From NCBI GenBank assembly GCA_036785375.1, contig JAWMAR010000079.1, forward strand, positions 2,666,001-2,730,000: a DNA stretch of 64,000 nt, read 5' to 3'. Below the pieces are notes generated by a model. The model ran no database searches, was not told where the DNA came from, and saw only the letters and a list, made by a program, of their open reading frames with translations. The translations under genes and the position numbers were made by a program. Shown here piece by piece: positions 25,900-38,875 of the stretch. The stretch comes from Leucoraja ocellata. Taxonomy: Eukaryota. Within the stretch, counting starts at the first letter, position 1. Each line of letters starts with the position of its first letter.

Positions 25900-26810
25900 T
25901 AAGCAAATTTGTAGATGACACAAAGCTGGGTGGCAGTGTGAACTGTGAGGAGGATGCTGTGAGAATGCAGGGTGACTTTGGAAGGTTGGGTGAGTGGGCA
26001 GATGCAGTTTAATGTGGATAAATGTGAGGATATCCACGTTGGTAGCAAAAACAGGAAGGCAGATTATTATCTAAATGGTCAAGTTGGGGAAAAAGGGAAG
26101 TACAAAGGGATCTGGGGTCCTTGTTCAGTCAATGAGAGTAAGCATGCAGGTACAGCAGGCAATGAAGAAAGCGATTGGCATGTTGGCCTTCATAACAAGA
26201 GGAGTTGAGTATAGGAGCAAAGAGGTCCTTCTGCAGTTGTACAGGGTCCTAGTGAGACCGCACCTGGAGTATTGTGTGCAGTTTTGGTCCCCTAATTTGA
26301 GGAAGGACACTCTTGCTATTGAGGGAGTGCAGCGTAGATTCACAAGGTTAATTCCCAGGGTTGGCGGGACTGTCAAATGCTGAGAGAATGGAGTGGCTGG
26401 GCTTGTATACTCTGGAATTTAGAAGGATGAGGAGAGATCTTATTGAAACATGCAAGATTATTAAGGGTTTGGACACACTAGAGGCAGGAAACATGTACCC
26501 GATGTTGGGGGAGTCCAGAACCAGGGGCCACAGTTTAAGAATAAGGGGCAAGGCATTTAGAACAGAGATGAGGAAACACTTTTTCACATAGAGAGTTGTG
26601 AGCCTGTGGAATTTTCTGCCACAGAGGGCGGTGGAGGTCGGTTCTCTGGATACTTTCAAGAGAAAGCTTGTTAGGGCTCTTAAAGATAGCGGAGTCTGGG
26701 AATATGGGGAGAAGGCAGGAACGGGGTACTGATTGTGGATGATCAGCCATGATCACATTGAATGGTGGTACTGGCTCGAAGGGCCTACTCCTACACCTAC
26801 TGTCTATTGA
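25900..26810 (+). mobile_element. CR1 LINE 3' portion in the C15orf61 intron
   Basis: KFVDDTKLGG, MQFNVDKCE, LQLYRVLVRPHLEYCVQFWSP, ESRTRGHSLRIRG. Frameshifted. Confidence 0.92.
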
Positions 26811-27254
26811 AGGTTTTGAAAAGAAATGGCAAAGTTGAGGTTTTTATTTTTAGGAGAGCATTCAGAAAGTAGAGAACAGGGAAGCTAGAAAACCAAACCA
26901 AATTTTAACAATATTGCTTGCTTCACTAAAGTATAATTTAAAGTGAACCTCCCCGAGCAGGTCTGAGCATGGAGCTGAGAACCTAGTTTAAGTATACCTG
27001 CTCCACTTCAAGCCTTGCCACTCCCACTATTGACCAACCATTTACCACCCTGTTCTCTCAATCACACGATCACTCAAACTGATCCCTTTCGAATTCTGGA
27101 CACACTAACCTTAATTATCAAAACCCTTGGTAGTGATGTTTGAGTCCCTGATTGCACATCCACCATTGCCCCTCATTTACCAACAGCAGATCCCATACTT
27201 ATTTTTTGCTAATATCTGACCCTCACACGAATCCCTCCGTTATCTACATCGTCA

Positions 27255-27710
27255 TTCAAGTCGTCAACATCGAAAACAAACAGTGGACTCAGCACTGACC
27301 CGTGGCACACCACTGGTCACAGTCCAAATCAGAAAAGAAACATTCCACAACCACCTTTTGACTGCTTGCTCCAAACCAATTTTGAATCAAATTGGCTAGC
27401 TCACCTAAATTTCATTTGATTGAACATTCCATGTAGGATTTAGTCAAAGGCCTCACTAAAGTCTATATAGACCATGCCCACTGTCCTTTTGAAGAGGATC
27501 AATCTTCTTAGTGACCTTTTCAAAGAAAAATCATCGGAGTAATGATTTTCCAAGCCATGTGGACTTTCTCTAACCATTCACTGCACAGTATCTACCACAC
27601 AAATGCTGGTAGATACTTTCCCCAAGAATCCCCTCCAACAACTTTCCCACCACTGATTTGTAGTTCCCTGGCTTGTTCTTGTTACCTTTCTTAAATAATA
27701 AAAGGCTGTC
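27255..27710 (-). mobile_element. Decayed CR1 RT fragment
   Basis: Reverse-strand ccactggtcac...ccaaaccaattttgaatc..., parallel to 56.2-57.1 kb. Confidence 0.65.
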
Positions 27711-27877
27711 AAGGAAAGGTTTGGATGTAGAGCCTCAAATCTGGATTTAATTAAAGAGTTTCAGAAGAGAACTATAATAGAATTTTACTTAATAAGAATG
27801 ATACAAACCTCAGTCTGTTCCGTATGCCATGTAACCTATTCTATTTTCCCTCCACTCTTCTACTGGAAACTCTACAG

Positions 27878-28005
27878 GTATCCCGTGTTTGGCCTATGGG
27901 ATCGGTGCATGGTTTTTTGTCAGTGTCACTGAGATTATTCACACCAGTTCTGGCCCTGTGAACATCTATTTTCTGTACCAGGAAGATATAAGAGCCAAAC
28001 ACTGA
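27878..28005 (+). CDS. C15orf61: C15orf61 homolog, last coding exon (G-IPCLAYGIGAWFFVSVTEIIHTSSGPVNIYFLYQEDIRAKH*)
   Basis: ctctacAG acceptor, phase-compatible. Resembles [33 protein letters not shown]. Spliced product is 154 aa. Confidence 0.95.
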
Positions 28006-28061
28006 ATATCATCCTGCGTGCAACTGGTCTTGACTTCAGAATTTGTGCAATAATTGAAAAA

Positions 28062-28084
28062 AATAAACTATTTTTCAGAATAAA
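28062..28084 (+). terminator. Tandem polyadenylation signals of C15orf61
   Basis: AATAAA at 28062-28067 and 28079-28084, shortly after the stop. Confidence 0.6.
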
Positions 28085-28589
28085 GGCATGAATGCCCTTT
28101 GTTGGACTCTTATTTTTGTCAGTGTTAATGGTGTACAGCCTGGCCTTTAATATAAATATACATTCTAAAGTGCTGGATGTTTGGAATGATGAATCTTTCT
28201 TCTTTTTAATGTTTTGGGTAATCTGAAATTAACTCCATCACACCTATAAACTGTAGTGATAACAATCTGCTCAGATACAAAACTAAATTCATTTCTCACG
28301 AGGCACCCTGTGGCGTCAGTGAGATTACTATTTCATGTGTATCGACAACTTTATGTTGCAAGTTTGCAAACAACTAATTTATGAATAATGCTGTCTACTG
28401 TTCCATATTTTAAGCCTTTCTTTCCTGTCCCTTCAATTTAACCTTTTACAAAAGATTTTCAGATTCAGATTACCTTACTGTCACATACACCAGGGTACAA
28501 TGACATTTCTAGTTCATATGAAGCTCACAGAGCAAATAATAAATATAATACATTGAATTAAAAAACACCAGAATTGTTTGTCTGTGTGC

Positions 28590-28591
28590 GC

Positions 28592-28648
<57 letters not shown>
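28590..28648. repeat. (GT)n(AT)n(AC)n compound microsatellite
   Basis: Directly visible. Confidence 0.95.
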
Positions 28649-28679
28649 AACACAACGTTTACATATTCCCCAAAAAATC

Positions 28680-29090
28680 CCAGAGTATCATAAAGGACAT
28701 TTCCCACCCCGGACACTCCCTGTTTGAACTGTTGCCGTCAGGCAGACGGTACAGATCTACAAGGACAAGGACGAACAGACTAAAAAACAGTTTTTACCCC
28801 ACTGCTATAAAAGCATTAAATGTAGCTGCCAAGGAACGCAGGGGCGAGACATACTAAGGGACTGTGGTACACTGTGAAATCGACAGAAGGATGGAGGGTT
28901 GGGTGTTTATGCGTGATATTTTTGTGATATTTATTTTAGTTGTTTATCTTTTAATATTTTACCTTGTATGTATCGTTAGCTTTTAGAAATGTTTGAATGG
29001 TGCACTGACTGGCTGACATTTTTTAAATTTCGTTGTACATGGTTCATGTTACAATGACAATAAAGAAACTATTCTATTCTATTCTATGCT
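28680..29090 (+). mobile_element. Rex1/Babar-like LINE 3' end
   Basis: SIIKDISHPGHSLFELLPSGRRYRSTRTRTNRLKNSFYPTAIKALN, then acaatgacaataaa plus (ATTCT)n. Confidence 0.8.
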
Positions 29091-29379
29091 GCTCCAAGTA
29101 AGAATTTAATTGTTCTATCTGGGACATGATAATCAAACACTCTTGACTGAAGACACTCTTGAGTCTTTGGCCATTATTGTGCCATTATTGTACACATGTC
29201 ACCTCTCCTAAAATAGCTCATCTGAATTCCTTAATCAAGCTCTCGCCACTTAACCGGAATATCCCCCATAGTAAAACAAATGACATCAAGTTATAAAAAC
29301 ACATAATCTACCTCATCAGTCTGAGCACATCTATAGTAGCCAACACTGGACTACACCATCATCCTCCAATGCCTCTTGA

Positions 29380-29960
29380 GCATCCAGCTGGACCCAAACT
29401 AGACTGTTCACAACTATTATACAAACTCCCAGGACGGTGTCATAGTGGTGTTGTCACATTCTCTGCAACATCATTTGATTCCACCTCCTGGTCAGTTGAT
29501 CCCCTCATCCAAGCCTCCTTTACCTTCAGTTTGAACTACTGCACCACATTCTCGGCAGAAGATAAACACAAAAAGCTGGAATAACTCAGCAGGTCAGACA
29601 ACATCTCCGGAGAAAAGGATGGTTCGGGATAAGATCCTTCTTCATTTCCTTTATATAGTTCAAAAACAGACTCATCCAAAACTGCTCTGTGACATAAGTT
29701 ACAGCTCCACTTTTCCATCATCCTGTGCTTGATAACCTTCATTGGCTCCCAGTTGAGCAATGCGTTTCAATTATCACTATTTTAAATTGTCTTACCAGTG
29801 CCAGCCATGCCTTCAACAACCAAAGCCCACTGTTCTTCCCAATCTCTTTTCCATCTCTCAGATGCTTCATTCAAACCTACCACTTTGACCAAGCTTCCTA
29901 TGTACCTAATCACTCTCTGTGATTCATTTGATAATGCTGTGAAATATAAAATATTTTGAT
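29380..29960 (+). mobile_element. L2-clade LINE 3' remnant with a reverse Penelope terminal unit at about 29558-29645
   Basis: LNYC...LIQN...PVLDNLHWLPVEQ is an L2 C-terminal signature. Confidence 0.6.
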
Positions 29961-31404
29961 ATGTCAATAGGGCTACATATTTACAAGTTATTATGAATTA
30001 AAAGCACAAGTCAAAATCTGGCTATTACTGATTACACATCAGTGGTTCTTATTGAGGATGACATTATTTGAAAAAAAAAAAATAAAGAGTCGTACTGTCC
30101 TGAAAATTCCTCTGTCAGTTGACCAAGCTAGCAACTGATATCAGATCTCAGGTTATACCTGCTCTCGGCATTAGGTAATACATACGACAATGGTATAATC
30201 TTCAGTTCTTAAAATAATTCTTTGAAAATGATGTGATTTAAGATGTTGAGAGTTTTATCACTTTTACGAACCTGAAATCATAGGTGAACAAAATTCAATG
30301 TTTTTTTTTTTTAAATGGCAGATTTTAAACACAGTACACAATTGAATTCACCACTTTTAGAAGTGTAAATGCTCATTTCCGAGTACCATAATGTTCATTC
30401 ATTGGTATTTAGCCTTGTCAGAGACTCTTTCAGTGAGTTCCCATCTTGAGTACAAACTGATAAAATGTTTTTTAATTACCAGACAGTGAATATAGCCTTT
30501 CACTGAAAGGCTGAATCTCTTGTCAGCGCACTCGTTTGATTTCTGATAATGTGCACTGCTGACTTTGCTTATCTGTTATTCAATAAAGACAGACAATGGG
30601 GCCTCCTGACCACGCTGTGATGGGCAGTCTCCTTTGAGAATGGGTCTGACAAACTACTGTATTGATTTAAACAATTCTCTGCTGCTTGCAGCACTAAAAA
30701 CCAAGCTTGATTTCTTGCCTAACACTTCCACTGTGTAACAATTAAGCAACCAAAATAATTTCTTGTATTACATGAAAGTCAATAGACCTTGCACACCCCT
30801 AGCGTTGATCACTGTGAAGGATGGACTAGAGGCTGGCAGAGGTCAGGGGTTGGAATATAATCATATCATTCAGGGGATTAGTATTGAGAGCCCCCTTCAT
30901 TAAGGTTCACTTCCCATCTATTGTTGGATGTTTAAAAGAAAGAGTGGCAATGATAAAGAGGATTGCTTTAATGTGAGCAGTGCAGTCTCAGGTGGCCCTG
31001 GAAGTTAATTGCCGGCAAGACTGTTTGCTTCCAATCCAAAATTGGAAGAAGACAGAACAGCATCACTAACCAGAACCTGACAGCTAAGAAATACAGATCT
31101 ATACTGTGCTCTGTGATATGGTTCATTTCCTAAATCTGCGAGTGCATTCTGATTATAAGTTTGACATAATGAAGCACGTTATATATTTAAGGCTTTGCTC
31201 ATTTGTGCTGTAATTCTACTCTCAGATTTATCATTTTGTCTGCAGAGGGTTCTGATTTTTGTTTGCTGTGATTCATACATCTATTGCACGCGCTTGATGT
31301 AAATCCTCTTCAATCTCTACCTTGTACGGGTAGTCATTTTCCATTGGAAAATGTTGGTTGGCTTATGAAACGCGATCCGTTACGACCCATTATTGAGCAG
31401 TACT

Positions 31405-31680
31405 AGCTGTGGCTCAGATAGTAACACCAAGGACTATGTCAGAGGTCTATGGGTTTAACTTTCAACAGCATAAAATCTAGGCCACTGTATTGGGGTGCAC
31501 GTGATAATAATAAGCCAATACCATCTGTGGTACTACAGAGAGTGCTGCATTGTTGGAGATGCTATCTTGTTCAACGTTAAATAAATGTCTCAGAGGAACA
31601 TGAAAGATCTAATGTTGCATTGTGAAGCAGGAATTCTTTCCTGCTTTTGCTCTGACAACTCATCAGTATTACCAAAATAA
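31405..31680 (+). mobile_element. Ancient Deu-domain-like SINE (SacSINE1/AmnSINE1 type)
   Basis: aaaatctaggc...gtactacagagagtgctgcattgttggagatgctatc...aaagatctaatg resembles the recalled Deu core. Confidence 0.55.
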
Positions 31681-33089
31681 AATTTCAGTTCTTCAATTCT
31701 ATTATTGTTTAAAAAAGACAGTATCCGATCCTAAAAAATATATAAAATTCAGCCTTTGGACTTCAGAAGAGATGATAGACCTTTGCAAATTGCTAACGAG
31801 CTTCTAAAGGCATAACAGGTATGTCCTCAATCATCTTATAAATGTTATAAGCTTTTCTAATTTAAAAAGAGGTGCGAAAGCTCACTCATAGTGCTTGGCT
31901 CCTGTCGTGTACGCTGCTGGTCTGTGTTCGATTAGTACCTTTCCAACCGTAATAGCTTTGTGGATTGTTCATTGAAGCTTTCTTCTTGTTCATTTATATT
32001 TGAGACAGTGTCATTGAACTTAAAATGATTGATTATGGTCATAAACAACAGCCAATCAGGGCTTTTGAAATATGTTAGATATTTTGCAGTATTTCATTGA
32101 GGAAGGATGACTATATGAAAGTAATGTACATTTCCTCATAATCTACACAAGTGCACTTGATACAATACTTTTAATTATTTTATAAATAAATGCTTCTATA
32201 ATCACTTTTCCCGATAATAACTCACTTCAGTCATTAGCGAAGATCCCTGTGGCTCTGACTTTGTTTTGAATATTATTATTCAATTTATTTGCCCTAATGC
32301 AACAGGTATCCTGACATTTATGCTCAAATGCCTTTGGGTGGAGTGGGGCGTGGGGTCATAATCCTCTTTAGGTTTATCATTGTTGATCTAGAACACTTGG
32401 GAGATTAAATAAACCCATGATAGAGTAAGTATACGTATAATGTCAAGGGGCGGATTGTATTTCTGGTATCTATTCGAAGGCTCAGGGGCCAAGGGATACC
32501 ACTGCACACAATTGCATGGAAGGCTGTAGCCTAATGACTGTTTTGGTCATGGTCTACAGCTGCAAACCTGAGATTATCACACATTTTTGATTTTGAAAAT
32601 GTGCCCAGATGCAAGTGTTTTGAAAGGTAGTTGATGGGAAGGATGAATTGTGGTAAAGAGGGCTGGCAGATGTCGGGCAAGGTTGGGGCCTGGGTTGAGG
32701 CTGAAGCTGGAATCAGGGCTGGGTATTGTAGTTTTGGTGTGGGACTCAAGAGAATTATGCCCATTAGAATATTTAGGAGGTAACAATATGACCTGGAGAT
32801 GATTGTCAACAAGTTTCAATCAGGTAAGGTAAATCATAACATGCTGGAAGTGAAGCAGGGTGATCACATTTCTACACAATATTTTCCTATGTTCATATTA
32901 TGTGGCTTGGTAATTCCTTAGCGTGGATACTGGTGATTTGAGGGCAAGAAAGATTCTGGGGGAAAGAGCATAACAAAGAGAAAACCACAAAGATTAGCTC
33001 CAAACCAGTACTATGTTGTAAGCATGTAGTTGTGTGAATGAGAGCATAACCAGGGCCCCTTGTCAGACAACTTAAGTCTATAATTTCCC

Positions 33090-34285
33090 ACACACAGCTC
33101 CACAAGACTATGGAAATTTGGCATGTTTCAATAACTTTTACCAATTTCTACAGATACACCATAGAAAGCATCCTATCAGAATGCATCACCGCTTGGTATG
33201 ATAACTGCTCAGCCCAAGACTACAAGAAATTTCAGGAAGTGGCTAACACAGCCCAGTCAATCTTGCAAACCAGCCGCATCCCCATTCAAATCCATCTGTA
33301 TAGCAGTAAAGAGGTCCTTCTGCAGTTGTACAGGGCCCTGGTGAGACATCTGTAGTATTGTGTGCAGTTTTGGTCTTCTAATTTGAGGAAAGCCATCCTT
33401 GCTATTGAGGCAGTGCAGCGTAGGTTCATGAGGTTAATCCCCAGGATGGCAGGACTGTCATATGAGGAAAGATTGGGAAGAGTGGGCTTATATTCACTGG
33501 AATTTAGGATGAGAGGAGAACATAGAAACGTATAAAATTATAAAAGGACTGGATAAGCTGGATGCAGGAAAAATGTTCCCAATAATGGGGGAGTCCAGAA
33601 CCAGGGGTCACTGTCTAAGAATAAAGGGGAGGCCATTTAAAACTGAGATGAGAAAAAACTATTTCACGCAGTTGTGAATTAGTGTAATTATCTGCCACAG
33701 AAGGCAGTAGAGCCAATTCAATGGATGAATTTAAAAGAGAGTTAGATAGAGTTCTAGGGGCTAGCGGAATCAAAGGATATGGTGAGAAGGCAGGCACGGA
33801 TTACCGATTGTGGAAGATCAGCGATGATCATAATGAATGGTGGTGCAGGTTCGAAGGGCCAAATGGCCTCCTCCTGCACCTATTTTCTATGTACTTCCCA
33901 CTGACTTGGGAAAGCAGCCAACATAATCAGGCACCACACACACACCATGGTAATTCACTCTTTTCTCCTGTCAGGCAGGAGATACATAAACATGAAAACA
34001 CGTACATCCGGCTTCAACAACAGCTTCTTTTCCAGCAATTATCAGACTCTTGAATGGTCTTCTCATATGCTAGGAATACATTCCTTATCTTTCAATCTAC
34101 CTTGTGGCAGTTCTTGCACATTTAAAAAAAAAATCTGCGCTTTCTCTGTAGCTATAACACTATCCTGCGTTTATTTTCTCTTTTGCACCACCAGAGGTAC
34201 TTGCGTATGACATGATATGTCTCAATAGCACATGAAACAAAGCTTTTCCACTGTATCTCTGTGCATGTGATGATAATAAACCAAT
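33090..34285 (+). mobile_element. Rex1/Babar-like LINE end interrupted by a CR1 copy (about 33300-33895)
   Basis: TNFYRYTIESILSECITAWY before the CR1 and LLSGRRYINMKTRTSGFNNSFF after it. The CR1 part reads KEVLLQLYRALVR. Confidence 0.8.
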
Positions 34286-36249
34286 ATGAATTTCAAGACA
34301 AGGGTGGGAACACAGTTGCAGGAAATCCACATGGTGTCACATTTAGCCAATGGCGTATTGAAGAATAGTGGCCCAAAATCAATTCTGATCAAAATTATTC
34401 AATTTTATTTTTTTTAAGAGAAGAAAACATATCATCTCCTCAGCAATTTTACAATAGTAAAATGTCATACAGTTATACTACATGGAAACATGACCATTGA
34501 CCATATCTCATTCTTGCCAACAAAGATTTCTACTTGAACTAATCCCATTTTCTTGTGTTTGGCCCATATCCCTCTAAATCTTTTCCGTCTGTGTAACTAT
34601 CCAAATGCTGAGAACTCACCACAAGTTAGAGCAGATAACGTGCTTGCCTGGTACATGCCTGCTGGAAAGTGATGCAGGCATCAAAAGTGGATAATGGCAG
34701 ATGGAGTCATTCAAAATATCTACCTGTACAAGACCACTCACTGCAATGGCAAAGGAACAAAATACTAATGATCAGAGAATCTTATACAACACAACATGAT
34801 TTACATAGAGGTCAAGAGAAAGAATTAATCACAAAAATTAATAAAAAGAAAAAGTGCAAAATTAAAGAAAAATAATTGAAGTTATTGAAAGTTGTGTCAG
34901 TTATTTCTGGGAGTTTATGCCTGAACACATATCACTCCTCTACTAATACAGAAGTAAATGTAGAGTTAATTTAAAAAATATTAGAATCACCATTGGGAAA
35001 GCAAAGTGTTCCCACCTAACAGTGCTTTCTATAATGTGAAAATTATGAGATCCAGGCTGTCCTTTAATTTAACTTTTGATAAAACATGCATAAAATGAAA
35101 GCTTATGAAAGAGCTACCTGATGAATTATAATGAATACATACAATGAATCATAAATTATTCCCATAATCACAACTTTTTCTAATAATGTTCAGTCAATCC
35201 ATTATAAATATTGCTATGCGGAACAGATTTATGAAGATTAGAACTCAGAGTAATATCAAGGAAGGACCTAATTGGAGAGCATGGAGACTAAATGCTGATG
35301 GAGGCACCATCATATTCTGAGTTACAATTCAGGGGAGCTGAACATGCTTCTTGTTGCCTGCCAGTCTACTTCTGCATTCCATTCCCACTCAGATCTATCT
35401 GTGATCTCTTGTACTGACACAATGAGGCCCAATAAGGAACAGCACATTATCTCAGGCATGGTGCAATCTTCTAGACTCAATGTGGAATCATAAACTTAAG
35501 ATAACTTGCTCTCTCTATTATAAATTACCATTCTTCTTTAACCTGCAAGATTAACTGAGTTTTTCTTTCACCATTAGCACTGCCTGATCTGCTGGGTAGA
35601 TCTTATTTTCCAACTCCTTTATTTGTGTTCTGCCTCTCCCTCTCTCCAAATGACTATTTCATAGGTTCAATATCATATTGTCAGCATTCTCCAACGGTCC
35701 ACAGTAATCTGTCAATAAGGAGATCTCTACCTTATGCACATCGCAACAATGGCCAAACCCACTTGGAGATACTCCCTTTGCCTGCCTCCCACACCCTCTG
35801 TGCAATTCAAAACTACCTTTCTCTCTTATTCAGTTCTGATAAAGTTACATCAAGCGGAAATATTAATTGTACTTTGTGCTCACTGATGCATTCAAGGTTG
35901 AGATTAGAGTGAATTAAATCTGAAATCGCCACTATATTCAGCAGTAGGAATACATTCTCCGTTTTTTTGCAAGTATGATTAATCACGAACCTAATGTAGA
36001 CTGTGATGCCGAAAGGGCTTTCTAGCAAAGAAGCAGCTTAAAGAGTGGAACATTTTAATAAGATTTTGCCAGTATGGACTTGATTGACCAAAGGCCCATT
36101 TTCACACTGTATGACTGATTCCCTGACTTCCATAATAGTAAAGACAGTACTGAAAAGCAAAAGCATCAGTTCCAGCATTTGTTGGTGTTGCAATAAAGGA
36201 GATAAAAATATGGGAATTTAAAAAATCTGTCAGGAAATTTTCTTTAAGG

Positions 36250-36600
36250 TCATAAGAAATAGGAGCAGAATTAGGCCATTCAGCCCATCATGTCTACTCC
36301 ACCATTCAACCATGGCTGGTCTATCTCTTCCTCCTAATCCCATTCTCCTGCCTTTTCCCCATAACCCCCGACACCCGTACTAATCAAGAATCTATCTATC
36401 TCTGCCTTAAAAATATCCATTGACGGCCCCCAAAGCCATCTGTGGCAAAGAATTTCACAGGTTCACCACCCTCTGACTAAAGACATTCCTCCTCATCTCC
36501 TTCCTAACAGACCGTCCTTTAATTCTGAGGCTATGACCTCCGCTCCTAGGCTATCTCACTAGTGGAAATATACTCTCAACATCCACTCTATCCAAGCCTT
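36250..36600 (-). mobile_element. CR1 3' end
   Basis: Reverse complement of the 26.5-26.8 kb CR1 tail. Confidence 0.85.
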
Positions 36601-38630
36601 TAAACTGAAGGTCTTTGCCTTAAAAGATGAGAAATTTAGTTATTTCAGGATTTTTTTTGAATGTACTAAAGGTAGGCGAATAAATGGAAGAATACAGTTA
36701 TGTAGATGAACAAAGGAATCTTGGGGGTGTATGTCCAAAGGTCCTTAAAGATAACAGGTCAAATGGCGCATAAAAGCCATACAGAATGTTGTACTTTGTC
36801 TTGAGGCGATAGAATATAATATAGAATGTAAAAGCAGACTCCCCAACTAAAACGTCACCTGTTTATTCCCTTCACAGATGCTACCTGATCTGCTGAGTTC
36901 CTCCAGTACTTTGTTTTCTTGCTTAAGGTTCCAACTTCAGCAATTTCCTGTGTCCCCAGAATATAAAGGCAGGAAAGTCACGATAGAACTGCAGACGATA
37001 CTAATTGACCACCACTTGAATATTACACACGGTTTAGTAGCCAAATTATAGAAAAGATTGCAATTACAATGGAAAGGGTGCTGAAACTTAAGGATGTTAC
37101 GAAGATTGCAAAATTACAACCAAGTAAATTGGAGCAACTGTTTTATTTTCCAAAACAAGAGGTTATGTGGATATAAGTTTTGAATAAATTATGCATTAAA
37201 CTAAGAGGGCTTAAATAAACAGGAAGACAGGATAAATTGGGAGCAGTACATGAAGAAAAGTTGCATCTTGAGTGTCCTTCTGTATTGTAAATTTTCTTTG
37301 ATTTTATTAAATAAGATAAGATTTTATGTCCATCTTTTACTGATGTTTGAGGAATATTGACGGTACCTGCTACTATTTACAGGGGGCTCCCCACGCAGCT
37401 TCACAGGATGAATGACTATATGGACATGCTATAACTCTTAACTGGAAAGTCTGGACCCTATACATGCAACAGAAATGCTTCAGGTTCCATGTGGCATTTT
37501 AACTAGTCGGAATGTTCTGAGATTGTGTCAAAGTTCCACACGAGCAAGAATATGATTTTTTTTAAATTCCAGAATATGAAGAGTCAAATAATTTTTTGCA
37601 GTAGAAGGAGAATACAATTTTGTGATATTCTTTGTAACTTTAATGGGATTTGGAGTGGACTATCAGAAAGGCTGGGGAATGCATTTTAAGGACTTCTCCC
37701 AACCGGTACCTCTCAGCAGATCACACTAAAAACCTTTTTGATCTTGCAAATGGAGCAATAGGCTGAAAATGGGATCTGTGTCTGCTTCAATCCCATTTTA
37801 TTTACTTCTGTGGAACAGTACATTTGTGATGGAGGAATCAGCACCATTTTTACCCCCAACTCAGTCATTGAGTGACGTGTAAACCATCCTGCTAAGCAGT
37901 TTAACAAAACATAATTGTAGTTTCCAACAGTCACCTGTTGGAAAGACGTAAAGCTTGTCATCATGGGAGCCTCGTGTCTGTTCCAACAACATAACGCACT
38001 TGTCTGAAAACTAACCTGCTCACCACCTGTCTGATGTAATTGAGAGCACAACTCAAGTCTCCACAGTATTTCTTACATATAAACTATGACCGCATCCCAT
38101 CAGGCTGACACTTTAATTGAACTAACATGGACTATTTTCTCTCCATGAACAAAGAAATTAATGTTTCTAAAAATAGCAACAGGTTCACCCGTTAAGATTG
38201 GTGGTTCTCTTCAACACAAAATGCTTCTAGATTGACAAATGTATTTTTGTCATCAGCATTAAGAGACAGCTAGTTTGAGGAAACTTGATCATAACTGGAA
38301 GAGAATGTATTACTTTGTATTACTTTGAATTTCTGAGAGGAGAAATCAGTGTTACTGAGTCTTAAAACCATGCTTCAAAAGTGTCTCACCTTGAGCAATA
38401 CCATGGAGAACGACCGATGTCACTTAAGTTGCAACAAGATATTTGTCTGCCCATTTCCCATCCCGAATTCTTGGGAAGGGTCAGCTTTCTTGCAAAACAT
38501 AAGACTTCTCATAGCATGGACCTGTGCTCTGTTCAGGAAATATATTCCCTTTTAATTTACAAACCAATAATGAAGTACTTACACATCAGAAAAATGTGGA
38601 GTTTTCTCAAGTCAAATGACAGAATATTTT

Positions 38631-38875
38631 AAATCGAGAATAGACACAAAATGCTGGAGAAACTCAGCGGGACAGGCAGCATCTTCGGAGAGAAGGAATG
38701 GATGATGTTTCAGGTCAAGACCCTTCTTCAGACTCTGTCTAAAGTCAGAAGAAGGGTCTCGACCCGAAACGTCACCCATTTCTTCTCCCCCGAGATGCTG
38801 CCTGTCCCACTGAGTTTCTCCAGCATTTTGTGACTATTTTCGATTTAAACCAGCATTTGCAGTTCTTTCCTACAG
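38631..38875. mobile_element. Head-to-head palindromic Penelope-terminal mini-element
   Basis: About 100-bp inverted arms around ctgtctaa. Perfect 14-bp TGACAGAATATTTT at 38617-38630 and 38876-38889. Confidence 0.88.
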
